DNA of 64,000 bases. Origin: an uncultured Nitrososphaeraceae archaeon. Its GTDB lineage: Archaea; Thermoproteota; Nitrososphaeria; Nitrososphaerales; Nitrososphaeraceae. The number at the start of each line of letters is the position of its first letter. The stretch's first letter is position 1. Shown here piece after piece: positions 11,440 to 21,762 of the stretch. The notes under the pieces are model-generated. The model ran no database searches, had not been told where the DNA came from, and saw only the letters and a program-made list of their open reading frames with translations. The position numbers and the translations under genes are program-made. The stretch covers positions 672,001 to 736,000 of the forward strand of contig CAVZZA010000003.1 in NCBI GenBank assembly GCA_963779615.1, given 5' to 3'.

Positions 11440-11700
11440 TTAATGGGACTTTTTTCCGGGAGGAGGACAACTACGTCCAGGAGGACCACCATCTGCACCA
11501 ATACCATATTTTATGTTTAGATTCCCTGCTGCCGTTAGGATAGTTTCCTTTTCGTCTCTCAGAAATTGCTTTCCCGCGTCGTCAAGTCCCTGCGCATCAC
11601 TCAAGAACTGATCTATGTCAGTTGCATTCAAATAGTTGTTTCGGTATTGATCGTCAATAAACAATTTTCCTATGATGTTTATGGATTCAAGATTACCCAT
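11440..11700 (-). CDS. Putative RiPP precursor peptide with NHLP-clan (Os1348/Nif11-like) helical leader and Gly/Pro-rich C-terminal core
   Basis: 86-aa ATG ORF ending 14 bp before the ATP-grasp gene. The leader-like part is IIGKLFIDDQYRNNYL...FL...GLDD. The tail KYGIGADGG-PPGRSCPPPGKKSH contains a possible double-Gly cleavage site. Confidence 0.65.
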   Translation of the reverse strand: MGNLESINIIGKLFIDDQYRNNYLNATDIDQFLSDAQGLDDAGKQFLRDEKETILTAAGNLNIKYGIGADGGPPGRSCPPPGKKSH

Positions 11701-11720
11701 GAATATCCGACAAGCACTCC

Positions 11721-11736
11721 ATTATATAGCTTTTTG
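11721..11736 (-). promoter_or_regulatory. Putative BRE-TATA promoter of the precursor/ATP-grasp operon
   Basis: Minus strand reads CAAAAAGCTATATAAT about 21-36 nt upstream of ATG 11700, the spacing expected for a leaderless archaeal transcript. Confidence 0.55.
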
Positions 11737-12063
11737 GCTTAATGCCTCATTTTTTCCTATTGTCTACACTTACTTCGTTATTTTATAACCTTATTGTCTA
11801 ATTCTTCGTTAGTTCCGCTACACATATATCTTCAAATAACTTGCGCCTATACAGTAACTACCGAAAAAACGCCTTAAAGATCGCTCAATAGAGACAGGAA
11901 TAACAGTATTGGAAAGATCACAAAGTAAAAAATAATGATGTTTCAACAAAATAGGCGTTAGCGGACTAATGGACAAAACGCTGTCTAAAGCGAAGTATTT
12001 TGCGGAGTTAAAGAAAGACAGGTTAAGAATGACTAGAGAGCACATAGCTTTTAAATAATAATA

Positions 12064-13120
12064 GATCTCTTGCTTAATTGCCACTAGACATCTTTATGAC
12101 CATTAATTCATTGATTCCCATTGATTCCCTGTACTTTCTTTGCTCTCGTATGACAGGTTATCCAAAAAACCGATACTTTTCAAATAATTCACCGGTCTGA
12201 CGGTAAAGGAGTTTGACGATATTTGTGATAAGGGGCTATTGAAAAGACACGGCAGGCATGAGATCAGGCGACCGTCCAATAGAAAAGACAGTAGGGAACG
12301 ATCCATAGGTGCAGGCAGGCATTTCAAACTGGATGTAAAGAACAGGTTTATGATGCTTTTGGTCTACTGCCGTCTTTACAATATCCACACATTGGCTGGT
12401 TTTTTTTTGTTTGACTTGGACCAGAGTAACATTTGCATGGACATACAGAAGATTGAGCCGCCGGTAAGAAAGTGCGTGCCAATTCCACAAAAGATGCGCA
12501 AAATAACCAAAAGGCTGCGCACACCAGAGGAAGTTGAAGGCATTTTCCACGGATTCTGTCATTCATAGATTGCACAGAACAACAAATTTCAAGGCCTTAA
12601 AATAAGAGACGAAAGAAGATGTACTATTAGGGCAAGAAGAAAAGGCATACCGTAAAGACAGCTTATGGTTAACAACCAGGGCCTCATCATTCACAAAGCA
12701 AGCCACAAGAAAGGATAAAGGCATGACTATGACATATACAAAAAGAATCACTCAATAACCCCAAAGCAGGTTGTCAGCGTGTTTGAGCTTGGTTATCTTG
12801 GGGTTGAGAAAGACATTCCTGACCAAATATCATCCTTGCCAAACAAAAAGAGAAACCAAAAAGACCTGTCTCAAGAAGAGAAAGATTACAACCAGAACCA
12901 CTCTAGAAAGAGAATGGCGATAGAGCACACCATTTGCAGAATGAAAAGGTACAGGATAATGAGCGATGTCTTCAGAAACAGGTTGAGAAATTATGCCAGG
13001 ATAACTGAAATAGCATCAGGGCTGGTAAACTATAGAATATTAGCATCTCCTTTTTAGATGGGCATCATCATTCATTGCCATGCTGAACAGAGAATACTGT
13101 TTCTAAATATGCAAGACATC
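12064..13120 (+). mobile_element. Degenerate IS5-superfamily element (DDE_Tnp_4/Harbinger-like transposase), copy A
   Basis: IRs GATCTCTTGC at 12064 and GCAAGACATC ending at 13120, flanked by TA. Fragments LSYDRLSKKP, LDQSNICMDIQKIE, LGYLGVEKD and IEHTICRMKRYRIM are spread over several frames. Homologous to 54869-55922. Confidence 0.9.
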
Positions 13121-13362
13121 TAATATATGAACAGAGAGTATCAAAAGATGGTTGTTGATTGGCATTTCCTTATTTTTAATGCGTAGTTAATACCTTAATC
13201 TTTTTGCAATTGTTAAATGCATTATATTCAGTTTTATAACAGTAATAATTCAGGATGATGTCGCTTTTTTTAATCAAATAGCCAATAGAATAAAGGATTT
13301 TATATCCATGCAACAAACAATACAGAAAATATAGGTTGGATTACCTTTAAGTTACTGCATTT

Positions 13363-15039
13363 TTAAACATTTACCCGAAGTGCCTTTGTCTTTCTACTCA
13401 ATGCTATAGATATTGCTATTGACACAATTGAAAGTATTACAGCAGTAAGAAATATCAAATTAAAAGAATAGGTTGAGGGCAATGATTCGGACACTCCTTT
13501 AATATTAATCACGGTTTGATTAGTTTGCATATACATTGCAGCAAGAGCCGGACCGATAGAGGCTCCTATTATCCTTAACATGCTACTCATCCCTATAGTC
13601 ACCCCAGCAGACTCCCGTGGTGAAGATAGAATGATTATGTTCATTGCGCCAACGGCAGCTAGCGATAGCCCAGCGGACAATATGGCTAAACCGGTTGAGA
13701 TAAATAATTCCGAGGAATGAAATAAGAACAACACGGCAAAGCCAAATGTGGTTAAAATAGAACCAAAGATAATCGGTTTTAGGGATCCCAATTTGGATAT
13801 GATGAATCCAGACGTGGGTCCAAATATCAAAAGTACAATTGCAAACGGCAGTTGAACTCTACCGGTGTCTACAGAGTTTTCTCCAAATCCAATGGGTTGT
13901 GAAGTTTGTACTAGAATAGGTATGGTCTGAAAAACCATAAACATCGACATGCCCACAATCATTATAATCAGACTAGAAAACAATATTGTGGGCTGAAGGA
14001 AAATTTTAAAGTCAATCAATGGAAATTCGGCGCGTCTTTCAGTGTAAACAAACAGGATAAGCGAAACCGTCCCCATTGCTAAAAAGGGAAAAATAGTTTC
14101 AAAGGTATTGTAAAAGTTAGAAACACCATTGGATTTGATATTTAGGCTACCATCTGCTCCTGTTGCTGGTCCGGGCCCTGCTGCCGGGGGCTGCAATAAT
14201 GTTATCGAAAGAAGAAACGAAGTGATGGTAATTGCCAACAGTATCGATCCTTTAACATCCATTTGGCTTTTCCTTATTTTTACTTCCCTCTCTGGTTTTT
14301 TACCATTATTGTGGCCTTTTGCCGTTTTGGCCTTTTCCGCATTTAATTTACTGTTTTCTATTTCGTAGCTGTAATCATCGTCGATATGGATATACTTTCG
14401 AATTATGTATAGGAGTATTATTGAAATAGGTATTATTGTAAAAAAGGTCATTCTCCAACCAAAATGCTGGATAATAAGGCCGCCAATGGATAATCCAATA
14501 ACCGAGCCAGCTGCAAACATAGAGGTAATAGCACCCTGTGCAATCGATATTTTTTCGCGCGGGAATTGGTCTCTCACGATGCTAAAAGCAATTGGAAACA
14601 TTGACATACCAAATCCCTGAATTGCCCTTGAGATTATAAGGGTAAATATATCATTTGCAAACCCCCCAAGAGAGACACCCGCTGTATATATTACCATTAT
14701 TATCAACAATATCTTTTTCCTACCATAAGTATCAGATAACTTGCCGGCTATGGGAGTCATAACAGCTCCAGATATCAGGTATGAGGTCAAAATCCAAGAA
14801 GACAATCCATACGACACATCAAAATTGCTTATCAATGTTGGAATGGCCGGTATCAGCATTGTCTCTGCATACATTACCATAGTCGCAATACAACTCAGAA
14901 TAACAAGAATTTTCCATGCATAAGGTGGAATTTTTAAGTGTTTTTTTGGTTGAGAATTATAACGACCGTCATCATTATCGCCATCTTTTGAAAATGCCCC
15001 TTGTATTTCATTTGTTTTTTCTTTTTTTGAATTTTTCAT
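13363..15039 (-). CDS. MFS transporter (DHA2/EmrB-like drug:H+ antiporter)
   Basis: 558 aa with about 14 TM segments, motif A GKLSDTYGRK and RAIQGFG. Lies downstream of a MarR gene. Confidence 0.92.
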   Translation of the reverse strand: MKNSKKEKTNEIQGAFSKDGDNDDGRYNSQPKKHLKIPPYAWKILVILSCIATMVMYAETMLIPAIPTLISNFDVSYGLSSWILTSYLISGAVMTPIAGKLSDTYGRKKILLIIMVIYTAGVSLGGFANDIFTLIISRAIQGFGMSMFPIAFSIVRDQFPREKISIAQGAITSMFAAGSVIGLSIGGLIIQHFGWRMTFFTIIPISIILLYIIRKYIHIDDDYSYEIENSKLNAEKAKTAKGHNNGKKPEREVKIRKSQMDVKGSILLAITITSFLLSITLLQPPAAGPGPATGADGSLNIKSNGVSNFYNTFETIFPFLAMGTVSLILFVYTERRAEFPLIDFKIFLQPTILFSSLIIMIVGMSMFMVFQTIPILVQTSQPIGFGENSVDTGRVQLPFAIVLLIFGPTSGFIISKLGSLKPIIFGSILTTFGFAVLFLFHSSELFISTGLAILSAGLSLAAVGAMNIIILSSPRESAGVTIGMSSMLRIIGASIGPALAAMYMQTNQTVINIKGVSESLPSTYSFNLIFLTAVILSIVSIAISIALSRKTKALRVNV

Positions 15040-15082
15040 TAATTTTCCCTTATTTATTCATATTTTGTATTGAGTTTTTTAT

Positions 15083-15640
15083 TCAAAGACCTGGCGAGGT
15101 TTTATTAAAGGTGGAAGCAACTTTTTCTTTTTCTTGTAGTTCGGGCATAACAGCATTATTTCTTTTTTGTTTATACTGCTCTGCAAGGTTTAAATTGAAT
15201 TCGTTTTGGATGTTGTTCCACATTTTTTCCAATGTGTTTTTTGTTATTGAAATATTTTCTTCAGAAATGTCATTCAAAGATATTTTTTTTATCCTTAATC
15301 CACAGTCTATCATCAGATCCTGAACACCGCATAGTTTTTCTGTAAGAAAAATTCTATTGTTTCGCCTGTCAGTCGGATCTACTTTTCTGACAACAAACCC
15401 ATCTTTTTCTAATTTATCGATAATAGGGATAAGAGTCGGGCCCTCAAGGCCAAGCTTATCGGCTATCTCTTTCTGAGTTAAGCCATTATCATCATTATTC
15501 ACCAGTATTATAATGATCTTCCATTGACCGAAAGTAATTCCCACATTCTTCCGTAGTTCCTGGTCAAAGGCCTGAATCAACACCTTTGCGGTCCTGTTGA
15601 TTATAAATCCAATACTATTTTCAAAATCAAATTTTTGCAT
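15083..15640 (-). CDS. MarR-family transcriptional regulator
   Basis: Winged-HTH signature LTQKEIADKLGLEGPTLIPIIDKLEKDGFVVRKVDPTDRR. Confidence 0.93.
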   Translation of the reverse strand: MQKFDFENSIGFIINRTAKVLIQAFDQELRKNVGITFGQWKIIIILVNNDDNGLTQKEIADKLGLEGPTLIPIIDKLEKDGFVVRKVDPTDRRNNRIFLTEKLCGVQDLMIDCGLRIKKISLNDISEENISITKNTLEKMWNNIQNEFNLNLAEQYKQKRNNAVMPELQEKEKVASTFNKTSPGL

Positions 15641-15933
15641 TTGCGAGGCACTAATAATTAGTATACGAATTGATAGTATTTAAGTTAAATGTATTCACAT
15701 TCGATCTGAAATATCAAGAGCACATAAAATTAAAACTAATTGTTCATCAAAGAAGATATCTCAAATTTATCAATTCTACTTTTTGTATAACGATCAAATG
15801 TATTTCGATACACATTTTTGTTCTATTCTTGGGCCTCGAATAATTCCCACCATTAAAAAATTCTTAATAAATAGGTAATCTATTTAATGCCAATGAAAAG
15901 TTAAGAATAATATCAAGTTAGGTGCAATAGAGT

Positions 15934-16863
15934 TTGAATGTAACAAAATTACGGTTGTTGGCAATAGGTGGAAGCATTTTTGCAGTAATTATTTTAATGT
16001 ATTACTATTATGGGTTAACAACACCACAGCAAAATCATAATTTGAACAATGCCGGAATAGACAGATTTGAAATAAAAGACATTTACCCAACCAAAAATGG
16101 GGGAAGAGAATGGTTTATGGATATGGATAATCCAACAAATGACAAAACGTTCTCAATTACATCTCACATTCCAGTTACAAGGAATAATGATGACGGATCA
16201 TGGTTCATTGATAAACCTGAAGTAAGGATGAATGTCAATACACCCAAAGGTGAACCCCTATGGAAAAACGTGGAGATCACAGGATACGTCAAACCAACAT
16301 CAGTTATTAACAGTGGTGGTAATGGCGGTGGTGGTGAAGGTCAGGAAGACGAAGAAAGCACCGAAGGTGATGAAAAAAATATTTCGCCAGACATAAGTTG
16401 GCGTGCTAGGGGGGGATTGCACAGATCATCTGCTCCCTGCGAAGGCACTGCATTAAATGGCGTATTGAATATTAATGATGGGAAGGCATCATGGAAAAAG
16501 GAGATATGGCACATCGGTGGATACACAGATGCGAGAGGCACAACACAGGCAACAAATGATCCGCTTTTGGGAAAATGGGTAGGATGGAAAGTCATAATGT
16601 ACAACACAGATAATGACAAGGCAGTAAAAATGGAATCCTACATTGATGACAACAATAAGAACGATTGGAAAAAAGTAACCGAATTAACAGATGATGGTGG
16701 ATGGTTTGCAAATAGCTCCGATGATGTATTCCATAGTCCCCACTGCGGAAAACCAAAAGACTACATAATAACTAATGGAGGCTCAATAGTAACATTCAGG
16801 TCTGACAATATATCCTATTATTTTAAAAACCTCAGTGTTCGGGAGATCCAACCACCATCATAA
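15934..16863 (+). CDS. Membrane-anchored/secreted protein with Trp-rich beta domain (possible carbohydrate-binding or lyase-like fold)
   Basis: N-terminal TM followed by IYPTKNGGREW, WKNVEITGY, KWVGWKVIMYN and TFRSDN, a pattern recalled from Nitrososphaeraceae exported proteins. Confidence 0.75.
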   Translation: MNVTKLRLLAIGGSIFAVIILMYYYYGLTTPQQNHNLNNAGIDRFEIKDIYPTKNGGREWFMDMDNPTNDKTFSITSHIPVTRNNDDGSWFIDKPEVRMNVNTPKGEPLWKNVEITGYVKPTSVINSGGNGGGGEGQEDEESTEGDEKNISPDISWRARGGLHRSSAPCEGTALNGVLNINDGKASWKKEIWHIGGYTDARGTTQATNDPLLGKWVGWKVIMYNTDNDKAVKMESYIDDNNKNDWKKVTELTDDGGWFANSSDDVFHSPHCGKPKDYIITNGGSIVTFRSDNISYYFKNLSVREIQPPS

Positions 16864-17094
16864 AACACTTGGTTGGGTTTTTTCACTTGCAGAATATTGC
16901 AAAAGCACATAAATAAATATGCTACTGTTACTAGGTGCATAATGCCACTTGTGTTTGTGTTTGTGTTGCAGAACTCCCATGACTTTCTATTAATTTAAAA
17001 ACACAGCCGCACAAATATTTTTACAGATAATGGAAACTTAGGGAATTATAATAGGATAAATACTTTGAATACCTATTGAAGATGTATATCTTCT

Positions 17095-19437
17095 ATGTCC
17101 AATGTTAATCTGAAAATAGAGGTAGAGACAACAACACCAAATTTAGTTACAAAAGTATATGAAAAACTGCAAGACAACATCTCAAGATTTAGGAAAATCA
17201 TAAATCGCCCTCTCACAATTTCGGAAAAAATTCTAATCGGACATCTTGATAAAAATACAGATTTTGGATCTGGTGGTGGTGGCGAGAACACCTTACTCCC
17301 AGCCAATGATTATGTTCTTTTAAATCCAGATAGGGTTGCACTACAAGATGTTACAGGCCAAATGACGATTCTTCAGTTTGTGCAAGCAGGTCTGAAGCGT
17401 ACAGCTGTTCCGACAACTGTTCACTGCGATCACCTTATTCAGGCACGAACAGGAAGTGAGTCGGATACAAAGGCTGCGCTCTATGAAAACAACGAAGTGT
17501 ATCAATTCTTAGAATCAGCATCAAGAAAATATGGAATAGGCTTCTGGAGGCCTGGCTCCGGTATTATACATCAGGTAGTTCTTGAAAACTATGCTTTTCC
17601 TGGAGGATTAATGATAGGTACAGATTCTCATACCCCAAATGCAGGAGGTCTTGGAATGCTCGCGATGGGAGTTGGGGGTCTTGATGCTGCAGAAGTAATG
17701 GCAGGATTGCCCTGGGAGCTATTGTACCCAAAACGTATTGGCGTATACTTGACAGGAAAGCTGAATGGCTGGGCCTCACCAAAAGACATTATACTCTATG
17801 TAACCTCAAAACTCACAGTTTCAGGAGGGACAAACTCAATAATAGAGTATTTTGGACCCGGCGCAAGAACCATCAGCTGCACCGGCAAGGCAACCATCAC
17901 AAACATGGGTGCAGAAGTTGGCGCCACCTGCTCGGTATTTCCGTATGACAAGACAATGGAAACATATCTTAGGGCAACAGGGCGAAAACCAATAGCTGAT
18001 CTTGCAAACAAACATGTGGATTTACTAACCCAGGATCCAGAGATAGAAAAAGAAGTTGGCGAGAATAAAGAGAATGGGTTAAAGTACTTTGATCAATTAA
18101 TTGAAATCAATCTTTCTGAACTAGAGCCCTATATTGTGGGTCCTCATACACCTGACCTCGGAAGGCCAATTTCGAAGATGGCTGAGGATCTTAGGAAAAA
18201 TAACTACATCGATACAATTTCGGTCAGCCTTATTGGAAGTTGCACAAATTCTTCCTATGAGGACATGTCACGCGCCGCAGATATTGCCAAACAAGCAAGA
18301 GAGAGAGGCATCAAAACTAAAACTCCGTTACAGGTTACACCGGGTTCTGAAATGATTCGTGCCACAATTGAAAGGGATGGACAAATGCAGCTGCTCAGAG
18401 ACATTGGCGCCAATGTGCTGGCAAATGCATGTGGTCCTTGCATAGGGCAGTGGAACAGACCAGAGTTAAAGAAAGGAGAGCCCAATATCATCATTACATC
18501 ATATAACAGAAATTTTCCCGGAAGAAATGACGGAAGAAGGGAAACGATGAATTTTATTGGAAGTCCAGAACTTGTTATAGCTCTGGCTCTGGCTGGTAGG
18601 CTTTCATTTAATCCACTCACAGACACGCTAGTTGCAAACGACGGTACAAAGTTCATGCTGAATCCCCCTGAAGCAGCACCTGAAATTCCTGAAAATGGAT
18701 TCAAAGATGTCATGGATACATATGTAGCACCAGATGATAATCCAGATCAAGTCCACATAATAATTAAGGAAGATAGTTCCAGATTGCAGTTACTCCAGCC
18801 CTTCCCAAAATGGGATGGCAGTGATTTTGACAAATTACCAATATTAGCAAAAGTAATGGGAAAGTGTACAACAAATCATATCTCGCCAGCTGGACCTTGG
18901 TTAATGTATAGGGGACATTTAGACAAATTAAGTGACAACTTACTCCTTGGTGCTGTTAACGCCTTTCACGAAGGCAAAGTAGGCATTGGCAAGAACATTC
19001 TCGACTCTAAAATCGAATCATTTGCCCACATAGCAAGGGAGTACAAAAAAAGAGGTCTTAAATGGATTATAATAGGAGATAAGAATTATGGAGAGGGCAG
19101 CAGTAGGGAACACGCGGCCATGACACCCCGATACCTGGGTTGCGCAGCAGTTGTTGCCAGAAGTTTCGCAAGGATCCACGAAACCAACCTTAAAAAACAA
19201 GGAATACTAGCATTAACATTTGTAGATCCGCTAGATTATGACAAAGTTATGGAAGATGACAGGATTAGCATAACTGGCCTTGATGATCTTAAACCCAATA
19301 AACATGTTAATTGCATCTTACACCATAATGATGGAATAGAAGAAATATCACTGCAGCACTCCTACAACGAAGCCCAGATAAAGTGGTTCCAAGCAGGCTC
19401 TGCCCTCAACATCTTGCGTTCTACTGAAGAGGGTTAA
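17095..19437 (+). CDS. acnA: Aconitate hydratase (mitochondrial-type/AcnA family)
   Basis: 780 aa with QDVTGQ, HCDH, GTDSHTPNAGG, the Fe-S Cys motifs IGSCTNSS and NACGPCIGQW, NRNF and NYGEGSSREHAA. Confidence 0.95.
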   Translation: MSNVNLKIEVETTTPNLVTKVYEKLQDNISRFRKIINRPLTISEKILIGHLDKNTDFGSGGGGENTLLPANDYVLLNPDRVALQDVTGQMTILQFVQAGLKRTAVPTTVHCDHLIQARTGSESDTKAALYENNEVYQFLESASRKYGIGFWRPGSGIIHQVVLENYAFPGGLMIGTDSHTPNAGGLGMLAMGVGGLDAAEVMAGLPWELLYPKRIGVYLTGKLNGWASPKDIILYVTSKLTVSGGTNSIIEYFGPGARTISCTGKATITNMGAEVGATCSVFPYDKTMETYLRATGRKPIADLANKHVDLLTQDPEIEKEVGENKENGLKYFDQLIEINLSELEPYIVGPHTPDLGRPISKMAEDLRKNNYIDTISVSLIGSCTNSSYEDMSRAADIAKQARERGIKTKTPLQVTPGSEMIRATIERDGQMQLLRDIGANVLANACGPCIGQWNRPELKKGEPNIIITSYNRNFPGRNDGRRETMNFIGSPELVIALALAGRLSFNPLTDTLVANDGTKFMLNPPEAAPEIPENGFKDVMDTYVAPDDNPDQVHIIIKEDSSRLQLLQPFPKWDGSDFDKLPILAKVMGKCTTNHISPAGPWLMYRGHLDKLSDNLLLGAVNAFHEGKVGIGKNILDSKIESFAHIAREYKKRGLKWIIIGDKNYGEGSSREHAAMTPRYLGCAAVVARSFARIHETNLKKQGILALTFVDPLDYDKVMEDDRISITGLDDLKPNKHVNCILHHNDGIEEISLQHSYNEAQIKWFQAGSALNILRSTEEG

Positions 19438-19757
19438 GAACAAGAAAGCAATAAACTAACTAGATAAATAAAAAAACCGTTAAATCAGTTTCAAGATATA
19501 TCAAAAGACATCAGGTCCACAATTTGCAATTGTCTGACCCCCCATTTCTTTCCTATAATAACTTGGGGTGTATTGAATATATAAAAAAATCGATCGGGTT
19601 TGATTCAACAGAATAAGACAACCATCCAACTCCCCTTTCTCCAATGGAAAAATAATAAAATATGTATACCATTCATAATCCTTTTTGGTAACATATTATA
19701 AGAATATCCTACAAACCATATAGAATTTTGATAGGGGTATAACTTTTGGTTCATCAT

Positions 19758-20838
19758 CTAGATCTTTTGTGGTGTTGTTATGGTTTTTCCTATTTGTTCC
19801 CCATTGGCCATCATTACATGTCCTTTGACCATATCACCAAAAGGCAGTACCAAATTTATCAAAGGTTTAAGTTTTCCTTTTGAGGTCCAATATAATACCT
19901 CTTCAAGTTCAGCTTTTGTTCCCTGTGTTGAGCCCATAAGCGTTATTCCTTTAAAGAAAAGGTACCTCAAATCCAGCGAAGAATCGTATCCGGTTGTAGA
20001 GCCAGTAGAAACCAAGAATCCCCCCCATCTTCAATAATGATACCTCTTGCGGAAATACGTTTTTTCCAATATGCTCAAATACAACATCCACACCTTTTTT
20101 ATTTGTCATATCCCTCACTTTTTTGTACCAATCCTGCTCCCTATGGTTTACAACGTAATCTGCACCCAGCTCTTTGCATTTGTCCATTTTCTGCTGATTT
20201 CCAGCCGTCGCAATCACGTTGCAATTGTAAAGTTTTGCAATCTGTATCCCGATCATGCCAACTCCACTTGTCCCACCCATTACCAACACTGTTTGCCCGG
20301 GTTTGATATTGGCTCTGCCCACAAGCATGTGCCACGAGGTCATCCCGACCATAGATATTGCTGCAGCATCGTCAAAGGACACATTATTTGCTATTTTTGC
20401 TACATTTACCTCAGGCAAATGGGTATACTGACAATATCCACCCCATAGGGGACCAGTCTGGAATCCCCACACTTGCCTTTTTTCGCAATCGTATTCCCTG
20501 CCAGAAGTACACATTTTACACGCTCTGCAACTCAGGTTTGCGTGAGAGACAACCCTATCGCCTATCTTTAGCGAGGTTACGTTTTCCCCTACCTCCTCTA
20601 TAGTCCCAGCGATGTCTGTCCCAGATATATGCGGCATGGGAATTTTTATTGGCTCTCCCCAAATTGCCCACAGATCATCGTAATTGTAGGATGCTGATTC
20701 AATTTTTATCAATACTTCATTTGGGTTAATCTTTGGAACATCTATGTCCTCGATTTTTACAACCCTGTTTGGATCTCTATTGTGCGATCGGAATACTGCT
20801 GCTTTCATTGTCTTTCTCTCTTTTTTGATATATACCAA
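19758..20838 (-). pseudogene. Zn-dependent alcohol dehydrogenase/MDR-family oxidoreductase, frameshifted in a G7 run (possibly a sequencing error)
   Basis: PHISGTD, structural Zn motif CRACKMC...C and GGTSGVG. Removing one G at 20020-20026 fuses ORF 19951-20838 with 19758-20015 (MGGFLVSTGSTTG). The likely start is MKAAVF at 20808. Confidence 0.88.
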
Positions 20839-20953
20839 GTTAGCAAAATATTTTGCTCAAATGCCAGTAAAAATAAAAATAAGAATAAATATTATTGAGA
20901 CAGAAATGGTATATACACTTAAAGTTTTTTTGTGATAACCTTTTAGAAAAATA

Positions 20954-21190
20954 ATGGGTTATGCAAGATATGGAAAATATCCAATCATTGTAGGGATAAT
21001 CCTGGTGGCGGCAGGGATAATATTTACAATGCAAAGCAACTCAGTTGTGGGGCCATCCACCTCATTTATGTATGACAATCCAGAATGGACCAACAATGGT
21101 TTTGTCATAATTCTAATAGGTGTATTTCTTATTCTAATTGGTTTAACAGCACTCCAACTAAAAAAACAGAGAAGGTTAACCTCAAATTGA
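20954..21190 (+). CDS. Small 2-TM membrane protein
   Basis: 78 aa with two hydrophobic helices flanking QSNSVVGPSTSFMYDNPEW. Confidence 0.75.
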   Translation: MGYARYGKYPIIVGIILVAAGIIFTMQSNSVVGPSTSFMYDNPEWTNNGFVIILIGVFLILIGLTALQLKKQRRLTSN

Positions 21191-21363
21191 TTTTTTATAC
21201 GAATTGAATCCTTTATTTCAATTCAGATATGAAGAGGTGACATTGTACCATTCTTCTTTAAGTTTTTTACTATGCAATTTCTAATCCCACAGATGTTAAA
21301 ACAACAAATTAGGGCTACAGGTTTTGTTTTTTATTTGGGTGACCATTTAGAATGACCTAGTAG

Positions 21364-21762
21364 TCAGCCCTCTAACTCTGTGTTTATTCCCTCCACTAAA
21401 TCTTCTATTTTTATTGGTTTTCTAAAAATAACAGGGTTTTCTTCCTTTAGTGTGGGTATTGCTGCGTTTAATTCATCCTTATTAATATCAAATGCCGTCA
21501 TAAAACAGACTTTAATTTTATTATCCAATCTCCTTATCTCTCTGTATAAATCAAAACCATTTATTTTTGGCATCTTAATATCAATAAGTGCCAAAGCGTA
21601 CAACCCCTGCTTGAAAGAGGATAAAGCCAGAGGAGAATCAGTAAAAGCATTAACTAAAAACCCATTGTCTTCCAACACTAAGCGAAAGGTCAAAGTGATA
21701 TCAGGTTCATCGTCGACCAACAAGATCCTATTATTATAATTATAATTATTATTATTCATCAT
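21364..21762 (-). CDS. Stand-alone response regulator (REC domain)
   Basis: ILLVDDEPD, phospho-Asp in LIDIKMP, FMTA and KP. Overlaps the kinase stop by 4 bp. Confidence 0.93.
   Translation of the reverse strand: MMNNNNYNYNNRILLVDDEPDITLTFRLVLEDNGFLVNAFTDSPLALSSFKQGLYALALIDIKMPKINGFDLYREIRRLDNKIKVCFMTAFDINKDELNAAIPTLKEENPVIFRKPIKIEDLVEGINTELEG

Noticed and set aside
11818-12084. 88-aa minus-strand ORF upstream of the precursor gene
   Set aside because: Its start lies within the IS left end, its composition is atypical, and the precursor has its own promoter.
8691-13120. Composite transposon carrying the peptide/ATP-grasp locus
   Set aside because: The two flanking IS elements are different types with unrelated IRs, both are decayed, and no shared target duplication is visible.
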